From contig OZ244905.1 in NCBI GenBank assembly GCA_965221695.1, positions 2,048,001 through 2,112,000 on the forward strand: 64,000 nucleotides of DNA, given 5' to 3'. This DNA comes from Gammaproteobacteria bacterium (lineage in GTDB: Bacteria > Pseudomonadota > Gammaproteobacteria > Eutrophobiales > Eutrophobiaceae). The notes beneath the pieces are model-generated. The model did no database searches, was not told where the DNA came from, and worked only from the letters and a program-made list of their open reading frames with translations. The position numbers and the translations under genes are program-made. Shown in pieces: positions 37,477-47,435 of this stretch (its first letter is position 1; every line of letters starts with the position of its first letter).

Positions 37477-38255
37477 TTTATCACTCTCTCAGCTACCTCC
37501 AGCAAGGCATCCACCAGGCCCGCATCGGTATTATCCGTCGCCACGGCAATGTGCCTGAACCCCGACTCCTGCGCGTGTTCCCGGATGCGCTCGCTCATCA
37601 CCACCATCGGCGTTTCCATCAACCGGCGGTTCTCAGCGGCCGGAGTCAGTTCGACCAGGTTATCCAACCCCGCCAGGCTTGTGATGATGACCGCGCCCGG
37701 CTTCCGATCATGCCAGAATTCAGTCATTTCTGCCTGACTTATATCAGGTTTGTCCCGCCGGTATACTTCCAGGTAGTCCACCACCGCGCCGCGCGCCAGC
37801 AACTCGTCGCGCAACGCCTCTCGACCACCCTGTCCGCGCAGGATGACGACCCGTTTGTTGCTGATGGCCGCATCACTCAATACCGGCAACCGCAACAGCG
37901 CGTCACTGCCGCCGGCGCCGGCCTGCACGACCCGGTCAAACCCTGATGCGCTCAGGCTGCGGGCAGTGGCCTGACCGACGGCAAGCATGGTCTTGCCGCG
38001 TAATGTGACGGCCAGGTCCGGAAATTGCGCCAGCGCGTAACTGACAGCATTGCTGCTGATAAAAATGGCTGCGTCGGCATGTGCCAGCAGAGATTGATGC
38101 GCCGCTGCTTCCTGCAAGGGTTTTATCACCAGCGTAGGCAACAGCAGCGGCGCGCCGTTTCGTTGTTCGATCATCCCGCACAGATTACCCGCCTGGTTCT
38201 CGGGCCGGGTTACCCAGACAGTTAACCCCGACAGAGTCGTGTCATTATCTGCCAT
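37473..38255 (-). CDS. hemD: Uroporphyrinogen-III synthase
   Basis: VWVTRP, FISSNAV, AVGQATA, RGQGGRE, EVYRR. Confidence 0.93.
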   Translation of the reverse strand: MADNDTTLSGLTVWVTRPENQAGNLCGMIEQRNGAPLLLPTLVIKPLQEAAAHQSLLAHADAAIFISSNAVSYALAQFPDLAVTLRGKTMLAVGQATARSLSASGFDRVVQAGAGGSDALLRLPVLSDAAISNKRVVILRGQGGREALRDELLARGAVVDYLEVYRRDKPDISQAEMTEFWHDRKPGAVIITSLAGLDNLVELTPAAENRRLMETPMVVMSERIREHAQESGFRHIAVATDNTDAGLVDALLEVAERVIK

Positions 38256-39180
38256 TGCCCATCACCTCCGCCAGAATTTCGTCCGCGCCCTGCCGCAGCA
38301 ACCCCTCGGCCAGATCATAACCGAGTTGTTCGGCGTGAGCCGCAGCGCCGCTGATGCGGTCTTTCACTATCCTGGAACCATCCGGACTGCCCACCAGCGC
38401 GGTCATAGACAGTGTCTCGCCTGAGATCTGCGCATAGCCGGCAAGCGGCAGGTGGCAGCCGCCATACAGTTTCCGGGACAACGCCCGTTCAGCGTCCACA
38501 CAGGTCTGTGTCGGCCTGTGGTTCAGCGGCTGCACCAACTGCTCCACTCGCGCGTCATTTTCTCTGATCTCAATCCCCAACGCGCCCTGGCCTATGGCCG
38601 GCAGCATATCTGCCACATCCAGGTACGCGCTGATCCGGTGTTCCCTGCCCAGCCGCTTGATCCCGGCCGCGGCAAGCGCCAGGGCATCATACTCACCGTT
38701 ATCCAACTTTTGCAGCCTGCTGTCCACGTTTCCGCGTATGTCCCGCAGGGCCAGTTTCGGGTAGGCTGCATTGAGCTGGCATTGCCTGCGTAAACTTGAC
38801 GTCCCTATGCGCCCGCCCGCCGGCATTTCTTCCGGGGACATGTAACGATTCGATATGAACACATCGCGCGCATCCTCTCTTTCCATGATTGCCCCCAGCG
38901 TCAGGCCCGCGGGCATGTCTACCGTGACATCCTTCATCGAATGCACCGCCAGGTCGGCCTCATGATTCAACAGCGCCTGTTCCAGTTCCTTCACAAATAC
39001 ACCCTTGCCTCCCATTTCAGACAGCGCCTTGTGCAAAAACCGGTCAGCCAAGGTCTTTACGGCACTGATCCGGACTTCCAGGCCGGGATGCGTTTCCTGC
39101 AGGCGCGCGCGCACGAACTGCGCCTGCCACATGGCAAGAGGACTTTCTCTCGAAACAATACGCAAACTTGAACTGCCCAT
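38245..39180 (-). CDS. hemC: Hydroxymethylbilane synthase
   Basis: RESPLAMWQA, GKGVFVKELE, AVHSMKD, GTSSLRR, GGC. Confidence 0.96.
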   Translation of the reverse strand: MGSSSLRIVSRESPLAMWQAQFVRARLQETHPGLEVRISAVKTLADRFLHKALSEMGGKGVFVKELEQALLNHEADLAVHSMKDVTVDMPAGLTLGAIMEREDARDVFISNRYMSPEEMPAGGRIGTSSLRRQCQLNAAYPKLALRDIRGNVDSRLQKLDNGEYDALALAAAGIKRLGREHRISAYLDVADMLPAIGQGALGIEIRENDARVEQLVQPLNHRPTQTCVDAERALSRKLYGGCHLPLAGYAQISGETLSMTALVGSPDGSRIVKDRISGAAAHAEQLGYDLAEGLLRQGADEILAEVMGNGR

Positions 39181-39398
39181 AACTCCACCGTTTCCACATA
39201 AGACCCGGATATTCCCTGTTTTATCCGGCTCAGGCGCTTTGACCTGCCACACAATCCGGATACACTAACAGGCTAGCTGTTGTTTGGAAACCTCAGACTT
39301 ACCTTTCTTCAACTTGGACGGTAATATATTGCGTTAAGGAAACTCTGAAATTGCACCCATTCGCATGGGGCAAGACGACAAATTTTGCATACTGGCTA

Positions 39399-40355
39399 AT
39401 GATGAAACTGGGCGTAATCATGGATCCTATTGCCGGGATCACGGTCGAAAAAGACACGACCCTGGCGCTGCTGCTCGCGTCCCAGCACAGGGGATGGGAG
39501 ATCTATTACATGGAAATGAAGGATGTTTACCTTGCCGGCAACATCCCGCTGGCACGCGCCCGTATCCTGACGGTTGCCGATGACCCTTCCGATTGGTACC
39601 AATTTCATCGCCACACGGAACTGGCGCTGCCGGAACTGGACGTGATACTGATGCGCAAGGATCCGCCTTTCAATATGGAATACATTTACATGACTTATAT
39701 CCTGGAGCACGCGGCGGCGCAGGGCGCGCTGGTGGTCAATGCCCCGAACGCGCTGCGGGATGTCAATGAAAAGGCATTCATCACCCATTTCCCGCAGTGC
39801 ATACCGCCCACCTTGATCAGCCGTGACCCGCAGGACTTGCTCGCGTTCATCGAACAGCATGACCAGGTGGTATTCAAACCACTGGACGGTATGGGCGGCG
39901 CGTCGGTGTTCCGTACCGGCAGGGAGGATGTCAATACAAATACCATCATCGAAACCCTGACCCGAAATTCGCAAAGCTTTATCATGGCCCAACAGTATCT
40001 TCCGGCAATCGAACAAGGTGACAAGCGCATTCTGCTTATCGACGGGCAGCCCTATGAACATGCGCTGGCGCGCATTCCAAAGCGCGGCGAGCTACGTGCC
40101 AACCTGGCGGCGGGCGGTACCGGTAAGGGAGTGGACCTCAACGACAGGGATTACTGGATCTGTGAACAGGTCGGCCCGCAGCTCAGCGCGCTGGGGTTGG
40201 TCTTTGTCGGGCTGGACGTTATCGGTGACTATCTCACGGAGATCAACGTAACCAGTCCTACCTGCGTGAGGGAACTCGAACGTCTCTACGACAGCGACAT
40301 CGCCGGTAAGGTCATCGACTGCATTGCTGCGAAGACATGCCTGGAACCAGGGTAG
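39399..40355 (+). CDS. gshB: Glutathione synthetase
   Basis: MRKDPPF, KPLDGMGG, GDKRIL, EINVTSPTC. Confidence 0.96.
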   Translation: MMKLGVIMDPIAGITVEKDTTLALLLASQHRGWEIYYMEMKDVYLAGNIPLARARILTVADDPSDWYQFHRHTELALPELDVILMRKDPPFNMEYIYMTYILEHAAAQGALVVNAPNALRDVNEKAFITHFPQCIPPTLISRDPQDLLAFIEQHDQVVFKPLDGMGGASVFRTGREDVNTNTIIETLTRNSQSFIMAQQYLPAIEQGDKRILLIDGQPYEHALARIPKRGELRANLAAGGTGKGVDLNDRDYWICEQVGPQLSALGLVFVGLDVIGDYLTEINVTSPTCVRELERLYDSDIAGKVIDCIAAKTCLEPG

Positions 40356-40378
40356 CCGTTTTGAGTAATACCACGGCG

Positions 40379-41317
40379 ATGCGCGCGGATTTGAATTGGG
40401 AGAAACCGGCTATAACGGCAGCAGCGGCTACTCGACCGCCGAAGCTGACACCTGATGACCGTCTGAGCCTGACATTCTGTCTGGCCATGATTTTCCATGC
40501 CCTGGTGGTTTTGGGTATCGTCTTTGTGCCGGAGGAAAAAGCAAACCCGCGCTATGAATACATGGATATCGTTCTGGTACGGCAATCCTCAGACACGGTG
40601 GACGAAGCCAATGTCCTGGCACAAACCAACCTCAGCGGTGGCGGGGATACCGACGCGCAGGCCGTCCCGGCCTCACCGCTGCCGCTGTTGCCGATTGCGG
40701 AACAAATGGAGCCGGTCGAACCTCCGGCGCCGCAGCAGGTTGAACCGGCGCCGGAGCCAGAGTTGCCCCAGCCTGCGCCGGCGCCTGTCAAGGAGACCGT
40801 TGAACAACTGGCGGTAACAACTGAAAGCCCGACTACAACCGTGGCAAAAGCCCAAGACGACGCGCAGACAACACTCCCCAGCGCGGCGGAACTGATGAGC
40901 AACAGCCTGAGGATGGCCGCCCTGATTTCAGAGGTTGAACGCAAACTGGAAACCAGGGCAAACCGCCCCAAGAGGAAATTTATATCCGCCAATACCCGCG
41001 AATATAAATACGCGGCCTACATGGAAGCCTGGCGCGCAAAGGTGGAGCGGGTGGGGAACCTCAATTATCCGGAGGAAGCCAGAAGACGAAAAATCTCCGG
41101 AGATCTGGTGCTCGACGTCGCATTGAACCCGGACGGGAAGATAAATCAAATCACCGTTCGCAGGTCCTCCGGGCATGAAGTACTCGACGAAGCGGCGATA
41201 AGAATCGTTGAACTGGCGGCCCCGTATGCGCCCTTCCCCGAGGCTATCCGCGAAGAAACCGATGTCCTGCATATCACCAGGACCTGGCAGTTCCTGGACC
41301 AGAGCGGCTTCAGATAG
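40379..41317 (+). CDS. TonB family energy transducer
   Basis: TM anchor, Pro-rich linker, GNLNYPEEA, SSGHEVLDEAA; conserved gshB-tonB-yqgE order; start uncertain. Confidence 0.88.
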   Translation: MRADLNWEKPAITAAAATRPPKLTPDDRLSLTFCLAMIFHALVVLGIVFVPEEKANPRYEYMDIVLVRQSSDTVDEANVLAQTNLSGGGDTDAQAVPASPLPLLPIAEQMEPVEPPAPQQVEPAPEPELPQPAPAPVKETVEQLAVTTESPTTTVAKAQDDAQTTLPSAAELMSNSLRMAALISEVERKLETRANRPKRKFISANTREYKYAAYMEAWRAKVERVGNLNYPEEARRRKISGDLVLDVALNPDGKINQITVRRSSGHEVLDEAAIRIVELAAPYAPFPEAIREETDVLHITRTWQFLDQSGFR

Positions 41318-41383
41318 GCAGCGTTTAACTTCGCGGTGGCAATCCGGCGCAGTTAGGGATACTATTATGCACTGAGGTGACTA

Positions 41384-41944
41384 ATGCAAGCCAGTAACTT
41401 AACCAACCAGTTTCTCATTGCGATGCCCAGCCTGAGAGACCCCAATTTTTCTCAAACGGTAACCTATATCTGCGCGCATAACGAGGACGGCGCGATGGGG
41501 CTGGTCATCAACCGGCCGGCGAATTGCGCGCTGGGCGAAATCCTGGACCAGATGGAGATGACGCCGCATGATCAATCGATAGAGAAACTGCCAGTTTACC
41601 TGGGCGGGCCGGTGCACACCGACAGGGGGTTCGTGCTGCACGAACCGGGCAGCAAGTGGGATTCATCCATTGAGGTCAGCGACTCGCTGGGCATAACGAC
41701 TTCCAGAGATATCTTGCACGCGATTGCGGAAAGCACCGGGCCGGATAAATTCCTGGTCGCGCTGGGTTACGCTGGCTGGTCGGCGGGGCAACTGGAAGAG
41801 GAAATCAAGGAAAATGCGTGGCTTAACGTACCCGCAAACCAGGATATTATTTTCAATACCCCTTGTGAGTTGCGCTGGTCGTCCGCTACCGCGTTGTTAG
41901 GCATCGACCACAACCAGTTATCGACCGGTTTCGGGACCGCCTGA
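41384..41944 (+). CDS. yqgE: YqgE/AlgH family protein
   Basis: FLIAMP, GAMGLVINRP, GGPV, LGYAGW..GQLE. Confidence 0.94.
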   Translation: MQASNLTNQFLIAMPSLRDPNFSQTVTYICAHNEDGAMGLVINRPANCALGEILDQMEMTPHDQSIEKLPVYLGGPVHTDRGFVLHEPGSKWDSSIEVSDSLGITTSRDILHAIAESTGPDKFLVALGYAGWSAGQLEEEIKENAWLNVPANQDIIFNTPCELRWSSATALLGIDHNQLSTGFGTA

Positions 41945-41960
41945 CCCCGAGTTCCTCCGT

Positions 41961-42371
41961 TTGTCACGCCCCGCCACCCTGCTGTGTTTCGACTTCGGCA
42001 CGAAACGAATCGGCGCGGCGGTGGGCCAGACGCTGACCGATACCGCAACACCGCTGGAAATCATCCCCGTGCGCAACAACCGCCCGGATTGGGACCGGAT
42101 CGGCGCGCTGATTGCCGAATGGCAACCCCAGGCGCTGGTCGTCGGCAACCCGTTGAACATTGACGGCAGCCGCCATCCGATCACCGATCGCGCCGATGCG
42201 TTTGCGCGCAAACTGCACGGGCGCTACCGCTTGCCGGTCAAGCGCGCCGATGAACGCCTGTCGACTGTCGAGGCCCACTCGCGGCAACAAAACGGTGATG
42301 CCGTTGATCATGTGGCTGCCCAGGTAATCCTGGAGGGCTGGCTGCGGGATGCCGGAGAAACCGGAAAATGA
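41961..42371 (+). CDS. ruvX: YqgF/RuvX RNase H-like nuclease
   Basis: FDFGTKRIGAAVG, DERLST, DHVAAQVIL. Confidence 0.93.
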   Translation: MSRPATLLCFDFGTKRIGAAVGQTLTDTATPLEIIPVRNNRPDWDRIGALIAEWQPQALVVGNPLNIDGSRHPITDRADAFARKLHGRYRLPVKRADERLSTVEAHSRQQNGDAVDHVAAQVILEGWLRDAGETGK

Positions 42372-42405
42372 TATACTGGCCGGCATACAGGATCAGATCC
42401 AGACT

Positions 42406-42915
42406 ATGCCGGCAAACAACCTCGATGTACAGCAACTGGTCCGGAACATGAAAACCGGTCTGGATCAGTATTTTCAGGATCACAACAGGACCAATCCATT
42501 ATTTGTCGGCATTCATACGGGCGGGGTCTGGATCGCCGAACAACTGCACAATCTGTACCGCTCCTCCCAGCCTCTCGGCAAACTCAATATTGCATTCTAT
42601 CGCGATGATTTCAGCCGTATCGGGCTGCACCCTCAGGTAACGCCTTCCAGCCTGCCCTTCGATGTGGATGCGCGTCACGTAATCCTGGTCGACGATGTGC
42701 TGTATACGGGCCGCACCGTGCGCGCGGCGATGAACGAATTATTCGATTACGGCAGGGCGGCGAGCATCTGCCTCGCGGTGCTGGTGGACCGCAGCGGCAG
42801 GGAACTGCCGATACAAGCGGATGTGTGCGGACAATACCTGGACATCGGGGCCGACCAGCAGGTCAAGCTCACCGGCCCGGAACCGCTTGCGCTGGAAATC
42901 ACGACAGCAGAATGA
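42406..42915 (+). CDS. pyrR: PyrR pyrimidine regulator/UPRTase
   Basis: [24 protein letters not shown]; start uncertain. Confidence 0.93.
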   Translation: MPANNLDVQQLVRNMKTGLDQYFQDHNRTNPLFVGIHTGGVWIAEQLHNLYRSSQPLGKLNIAFYRDDFSRIGLHPQVTPSSLPFDVDARHVILVDDVLYTGRTVRAAMNELFDYGRAASICLAVLVDRSGRELPIQADVCGQYLDIGADQQVKLTGPEPLALEITTAE

Positions 42916-43892
42916 CGGGTCACTCCATTCAACTGGATCAGCACGGGCGGCTTCAACATTTCCTGACGACTGAAGGACTCAGCCGGCAGATCCTGACCAA
43001 TATCCTGGATTACGCAGAATCCTTCGCCAATGTCGGCGGGCGGGCGGTAAAGAAAGTGCCCCTGTTGCGCGGCAAAACTGTAGCCAACCTGTTTTTTGAA
43101 TCCAGCACCCGCACCCGCACGACGTTCGAACTGGCGGCCAAACGCCTGTCCGCCGACGTATTGAATATCAACATCGCCACGTCCGCGACCAACAAGGGCG
43201 AAACACTGCAGGATACCCTGCACACATTGGAAGCCATGCACTGCGACCTGTTCGTGGTACGTCACGGCAACAGCGGCGCCGCACATTTCATTGCCGGCCA
43301 GGTAGCGGACAATGTCCATGTGATCAACGCCGGCGATGGCCGCCATGCCCATCCGACCCAGGCGATGCTGGACATGTTCACCATCCGCCGGCATAAACCG
43401 GATTTCGAGACCCTGCGCATCGCGATTGTCGGCGATATCGCCCACTCACGGGTCGCGCGCTCGAAGATCCACGCGCTGAACACGCTCGGAGTCAGTGATA
43501 TCCGCGTCATTGCCCCAAAAACCCTGATACCGGTTGATATCGAGAGCCTGGGGGTACAGGTCTTCCATGACCTGGATGAAGGGCTGCGCGAGGTGGACGT
43601 GATCTCCATGTTGCGCTTGCAACGGGAACGCATCAACAACGCCGTGCTCCCCAGCGAGGAGGAATATTTCCAGTGCTACGGCCTGACCGAAGCGCGCCTC
43701 AGTGCTGCCGACCGCGACGTTATCGTGATGCATCCGGGCCCGATAAACCGCGGAATTGAAATCGATTCACAGGTCGCGGACGGGGACAGGTCGGTGATCC
43801 TGCAACAGGTCAGTCACGGCATCGCCATACGCATGGCAGTGATGGCCATGGTCATGGGCGTCGCCGGCGGCGCCGATAAGGGCGAAGACTGA
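42912..43892 (+). CDS. pyrB: Aspartate carbamoyltransferase catalytic subunit
   Basis: [27 protein letters not shown]. Confidence 0.96.
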   Translation: MTGHSIQLDQHGRLQHFLTTEGLSRQILTNILDYAESFANVGGRAVKKVPLLRGKTVANLFFESSTRTRTTFELAAKRLSADVLNINIATSATNKGETLQDTLHTLEAMHCDLFVVRHGNSGAAHFIAGQVADNVHVINAGDGRHAHPTQAMLDMFTIRRHKPDFETLRIAIVGDIAHSRVARSKIHALNTLGVSDIRVIAPKTLIPVDIESLGVQVFHDLDEGLREVDVISMLRLQRERINNAVLPSEEEYFQCYGLTEARLSAADRDVIVMHPGPINRGIEIDSQVADGDRSVILQQVSHGIAIRMAVMAMVMGVAGGADKGED

Positions 43893-45175
43893 TGCGTATC
43901 CTCATCCGAAACGGACGCCTGGTCTGCCCCGCGCAACAGCTTGACGAGCCGGGCGACTTGTACATCTCTGACGGCAGGATCGCCGCCGCTGGCAGACCTG
44001 TTGACGGTTTCAACGCCGACCTGGAGATCGCGCTGCAAGGCCAATTCGTGTGCCCGGGGATTGTGGACCTGAGCGTGCATGTACGCGAGCCGGGGTTTGA
44101 GCACAAGGCAACCATCGCCTCCGAAACAGAGGCCGCGGTACGCTCGGGGGTGACCAGCATGATCGTCCCGCCGGACACGCGCCCGGTCACGGATAACCCG
44201 TCTGTCGTCGAACTTGTTCACCGACGCCAAGCTGAGATCGGCAAGACCCGCATCTACCCGCTGGGCGCGCTGACCAAGGGATTGGACGGGCGCCAATTAA
44301 CCGAAGTGGCCGCCCTCAAGCAGGCCGGCTGCATCGGCTTGTCCAATGCCGACAACGCGATCATCGATACGGAAGTGTTGCGCCGCGCATTTGAATACGC
44401 GGCCGGTTTTGACCTGCCCGTGTTCATACACCCGGAAGACAGTTACCTGAAAAACGGGGGTGTGATGCACGAGGGAAAAATCAGCACGCGCCTGGGCTTG
44501 CCCGGTATCCCGGAAACCGCGGAGACGATAGCCATCAGCCGCGCCTTGTTATTGATCGAACAGACCGGGGTGCGCGCGCATTTTTGCCGCCTGTCCTGCG
44601 CGCGCAGCGTGGAACTCATCGGCGCCGCGAAACAACAGGGGCTGCCGGTCAGCGCCGATGCCGGCATCAGCTACCTGTACCTGACCGAGATGAATGTTGA
44701 CGGGTTCAATGCCCAGTGCCGCCTGTGGCCGCCGTTGCGCACCGACCGTGACCGCCAAGCGCTGCTGGACGGGCTGCGTTCCGGCGTCATTGATGCGGTC
44801 TGTTCGGACCACCAACCGCATGATGAAGACGCGAAGGCCGCGCCGTTCAGCAGCACCGAGCCGGGCGCATCGACGTTGGAAGCGCTGGCGCCGCTGATGT
44901 TCGCGATGACCGCGCGCGGTTTCAGCCTGGAACAAATCGTCGGCGCGCTGACCTGCCGCCCCGCCGCCATCGCAGGCATCGCAGGCACGGGCGCCGGCAC
45001 CCTGGCCGAGGGCGCGCCCGCCGACCTGTTTGTTTTCGATGAAGGCAAGCACTGGACCGTGAATGCCGAAAAGCTGGCAAGCGCCGGAAAAAACACGCCA
45101 TTCGACGGCTGGGAGATGGGCGGTAAGGTGATCCATACCTTCATCGACGGCAAGCCGGCATTTCACGATGAATAG
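43892..45175 (+). CDS. pyrC: Dihydroorotase-like protein (probably inactive PyrC' ATCase subunit)
   Basis: DLSVHVREPG and HFCRLS lack two metal-binding His; SDHQPH; KNTPF. Confidence 0.88.
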   Translation: MRILIRNGRLVCPAQQLDEPGDLYISDGRIAAAGRPVDGFNADLEIALQGQFVCPGIVDLSVHVREPGFEHKATIASETEAAVRSGVTSMIVPPDTRPVTDNPSVVELVHRRQAEIGKTRIYPLGALTKGLDGRQLTEVAALKQAGCIGLSNADNAIIDTEVLRRAFEYAAGFDLPVFIHPEDSYLKNGGVMHEGKISTRLGLPGIPETAETIAISRALLLIEQTGVRAHFCRLSCARSVELIGAAKQQGLPVSADAGISYLYLTEMNVDGFNAQCRLWPPLRTDRDRQALLDGLRSGVIDAVCSDHQPHDEDAKAAPFSSTEPGASTLEALAPLMFAMTARGFSLEQIVGALTCRPAAIAGIAGTGAGTLAEGAPADLFVFDEGKHWTVNAEKLASAGKNTPFDGWEMGGKVIHTFIDGKPAFHDE

Positions 45176-46103
45176 CCCGGCGCAGCATCCGCATACCCGT
45201 GAGACGGTTTTCGTCGAAGATGCGACGATCCTGCAACACCAGGCGTTGCCAGCAGACCAGTATCTGGTGCGTCTGGCTGCCGGCGCGACCGCCGCGCAAG
45301 CACAGCCGGGGAACTTCGTCCACCTGCGCTGCGATGAAGACCTGCCGATGCGCCGTCCGATGTCGATCATGCGCACCAATGCGGACGCCGGCTGGATCGA
45401 CATCCTGTACAAGGTCCATGGACTAGGCACGAAGAAGCTGGCCGGCTCGAAGGTAGATGATTGCATCAACCTGCTCGGACCCATCGGCAACCCGTTCAAA
45501 CTGGGCGATTACCTCAAGTTTCCGCTATTGATCGGCGGTGGGGTGGGCATTCCTCCGATGGTCTTCCTGGCCGAACACATGATGAAACAGACACCTTCGG
45601 TAAAGCCGTTCGTGATCATGGGCTCTGAGATCCCGTTTCCTTTCAACCCCAAACCATCGAAGATCATCGTCGATGGTATTCCCGGCGACGCGATTGCCTG
45701 CATGCCGCTGCTGGAAGACTGGGGCATCCCCTCCCGTCTCACCAGCAAACAGGGTTATGCCGGCTGTTACGACGGTTTCGTCACCGACCTGGCGCGTACC
45801 TGGCTGACAGCGCTCGGCGCGAAGCAGCGGCAACAGGTCGAGATATTCAGTTGCGGACCGACCCCGATGCTGCGCGCGGTCGCCGATCTGGCGCGCGAAT
45901 TTTCCCTGCCCTGCCAGGTTTCACTGGAGGAACACATGCCCTGCGCAGTAGGCGGCTGCGCCGGTTGCGCCACCCCCGTTTACCGTAACGGCAAGATGTC
46001 CATGCAAAGAGTGTGCGTGGACGGACCGGTGTTCGAAGCAGAGGAAGTATTTCCGAAAATGGTTACCAGCAACCAGAAAAGTGAAGAATTACAACCAATT
46101 TGA
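45168..46103 (+). CDS. pyrK: Dihydroorotate dehydrogenase electron transfer subunit
   Basis: RRPMS, GGGVGIPP, CGPTPM, CAVGGCAGC...VCVDGPVF. Confidence 0.9.
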   Translation: MNSPAQHPHTRETVFVEDATILQHQALPADQYLVRLAAGATAAQAQPGNFVHLRCDEDLPMRRPMSIMRTNADAGWIDILYKVHGLGTKKLAGSKVDDCINLLGPIGNPFKLGDYLKFPLLIGGGVGIPPMVFLAEHMMKQTPSVKPFVIMGSEIPFPFNPKPSKIIVDGIPGDAIACMPLLEDWGIPSRLTSKQGYAGCYDGFVTDLARTWLTALGAKQRQQVEIFSCGPTPMLRAVADLAREFSLPCQVSLEEHMPCAVGGCAGCATPVYRNGKMSMQRVCVDGPVFEAEEVFPKMVTSNQKSEELQPI

Positions 46104-46207
46104 TGATCCATGTTTCCGCCAGATATTTTTTCCCCGATCTCGGATGAATATCGTATCTAATTGAAATATAATAACTTTAAGGATTTATGCGGGTTTTTTC
46201 TTAAAGT

Positions 46208-46223
46208 TGGCACGGAACCTGCA
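46208..46223 (+). promoter_or_regulatory. sigma54 (-24/-12) promoter
   Basis: TGGCAC-GGAAC-CTGCA with exact GG-N10-GC spacing. Confidence 0.85.
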
Positions 46224-46278
46224 ATATATTTGGCAAAGATGTTTTAACCCATAATATCAACCAATCGGAGAGACTATA

Positions 46279-46353
46279 ATGAACTGGCAAACTCCTGAAT
46301 ACAGCGACATCCGCTTCGGTTTCGAAGTTACGATGTACATCAACAACAAGTAA
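46279..46353 (+). CDS. pqqA: Pyrroloquinoline quinone precursor peptide
   Basis: MNWQTPEYSDIRFGFEVTMYINNK (24 aa; W-x-x-P, R-F-G-F-E-V-T-M-Y); GGAG RBS; not in ORF track. Confidence 0.97.
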   Translation: MNWQTPEYSDIRFGFEVTMYINNK

Positions 46354-46374
46354 TTCCAATATTACATGTTGTAT

Positions 46375-46401
46375 AAAAAAGGGTCACTACGACCCTTTTT
46401 T
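46375..46401 (+). terminator. Intrinsic (bidirectional-type) terminator after pqqA
   Basis: AAAAAAGGGTC-ACTAC-GACCCTTTTTT. Confidence 0.85.
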
Positions 46402-46424
46402 ATTGCCTGCAATTTGCCTCAGCA

Positions 46425-46550
46425 GCCCCGCCTCCGCCCCATTCCCGCGAAAGCGCCCCCCATCCCATTCCCACATAAGCGCCTCCGACCCATTCCCGCG
46501 AAAGCGGGAATCCAGTGAGACAAAGAGTCGCCCGAAGGACGACACCGTAT
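46425..46550. repeat. Degenerate family B repeat cluster
   Basis: CCATTCCCGCGAAAGCGGGAATCCAGTGA...GTCGCCCGAAGGACGAC. Confidence 0.8.
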
Positions 46551-46562
46551 TAAACTGGCCTG

Positions 46563-47249
46563 ATGAACAGCTTGAACAAAAACTTACAACAGGTGCGCCT
46601 GGAAATGTCGGCGGCGGAGCGGCAGTTCGGCCGGGAGCCTGGCAGTGTGAAATTGCTCGCGGTGAGCAAGACCCGGGCAGCCGATGATGTGCTCGCGCTG
46701 GCGCAGCTTGGGGTGACGGATTTCGGCGAGAACTACGTGCAGGAGGCGCTGGCCAAGATCGAACAGCTAAGCGGGTATTCGCTTACCTGGCATTTCATCG
46801 GCCCGATCCAGTCCAACAAGTGCCGGCAGATCGCAACGCATTTCGATTGGGTGCACTCGGTGGACCGTATCCGGGTTGCCGAGCGATTGAATGCGGCGCG
46901 CCCCCCGGAGCTGCCGCCGCTGAATATCTGCATACAGGTTAATGTGGATGCTGAACCCACGAAGTCAGGCGTCGCGCCGGATGAAGTGGAAGAACTCGCA
47001 GAACAGCTACGCCAATATCCGCGGCTGGCATTGAAGGGACTGATGGCATTGCCCGCGCCGGCAGACGATTTCAACACCCAGCGGCGCGCATTCAGGAAAC
47101 TGCGTAACCTGCACGAACAACTCATAACCAAGGGCTACCGCTTCGACACGTTGTCCATGGGCACAACCCATGACATGCAGGCCGCCATCGCCGAGGGAGC
47201 GACCATAATCCGGATCGGTACGGCGCTATTCGGACCCCGATCCTACTGA
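46563..47249 (+). CDS. yggS: PLP homeostasis protein
   Basis: LLAVSKT, FGENYVQE, WHFIGPIQSNK, IRIGTALFG. Confidence 0.96.
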   Translation: MNSLNKNLQQVRLEMSAAERQFGREPGSVKLLAVSKTRAADDVLALAQLGVTDFGENYVQEALAKIEQLSGYSLTWHFIGPIQSNKCRQIATHFDWVHSVDRIRVAERLNAARPPELPPLNICIQVNVDAEPTKSGVAPDEVEELAEQLRQYPRLALKGLMALPAPADDFNTQRRAFRKLRNLHEQLITKGYRFDTLSMGTTHDMQAAIAEGATIIRIGTALFGPRSY

Positions 47250-47277
47250 ACGGGACTATCCTGAAACTCCCAGGGTG

Positions 47278-47415
47278 AACCCGAAAATCTCATCACCAAT
47301 TCGCTTGTCAGGATAGATGTTTACTGTCAATGAGTCATGCTAATCTATCAACTATGCTGTCATTACACACCATGCTTGATGCGTTCATTGCATCAATAGG
47401 TGAGATTTTCGGGTT
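47278..47415. mobile_element. MITE family C, internally deleted 138-bp copy
   Basis: AACCCGAAAATCTCA...TGAGATTTTCGGGTT; body aligns to the reverse complement of about 35395-35505. Confidence 0.8.
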
Positions 47416-47435
47416 AACTGCTATGATCCTATCCC

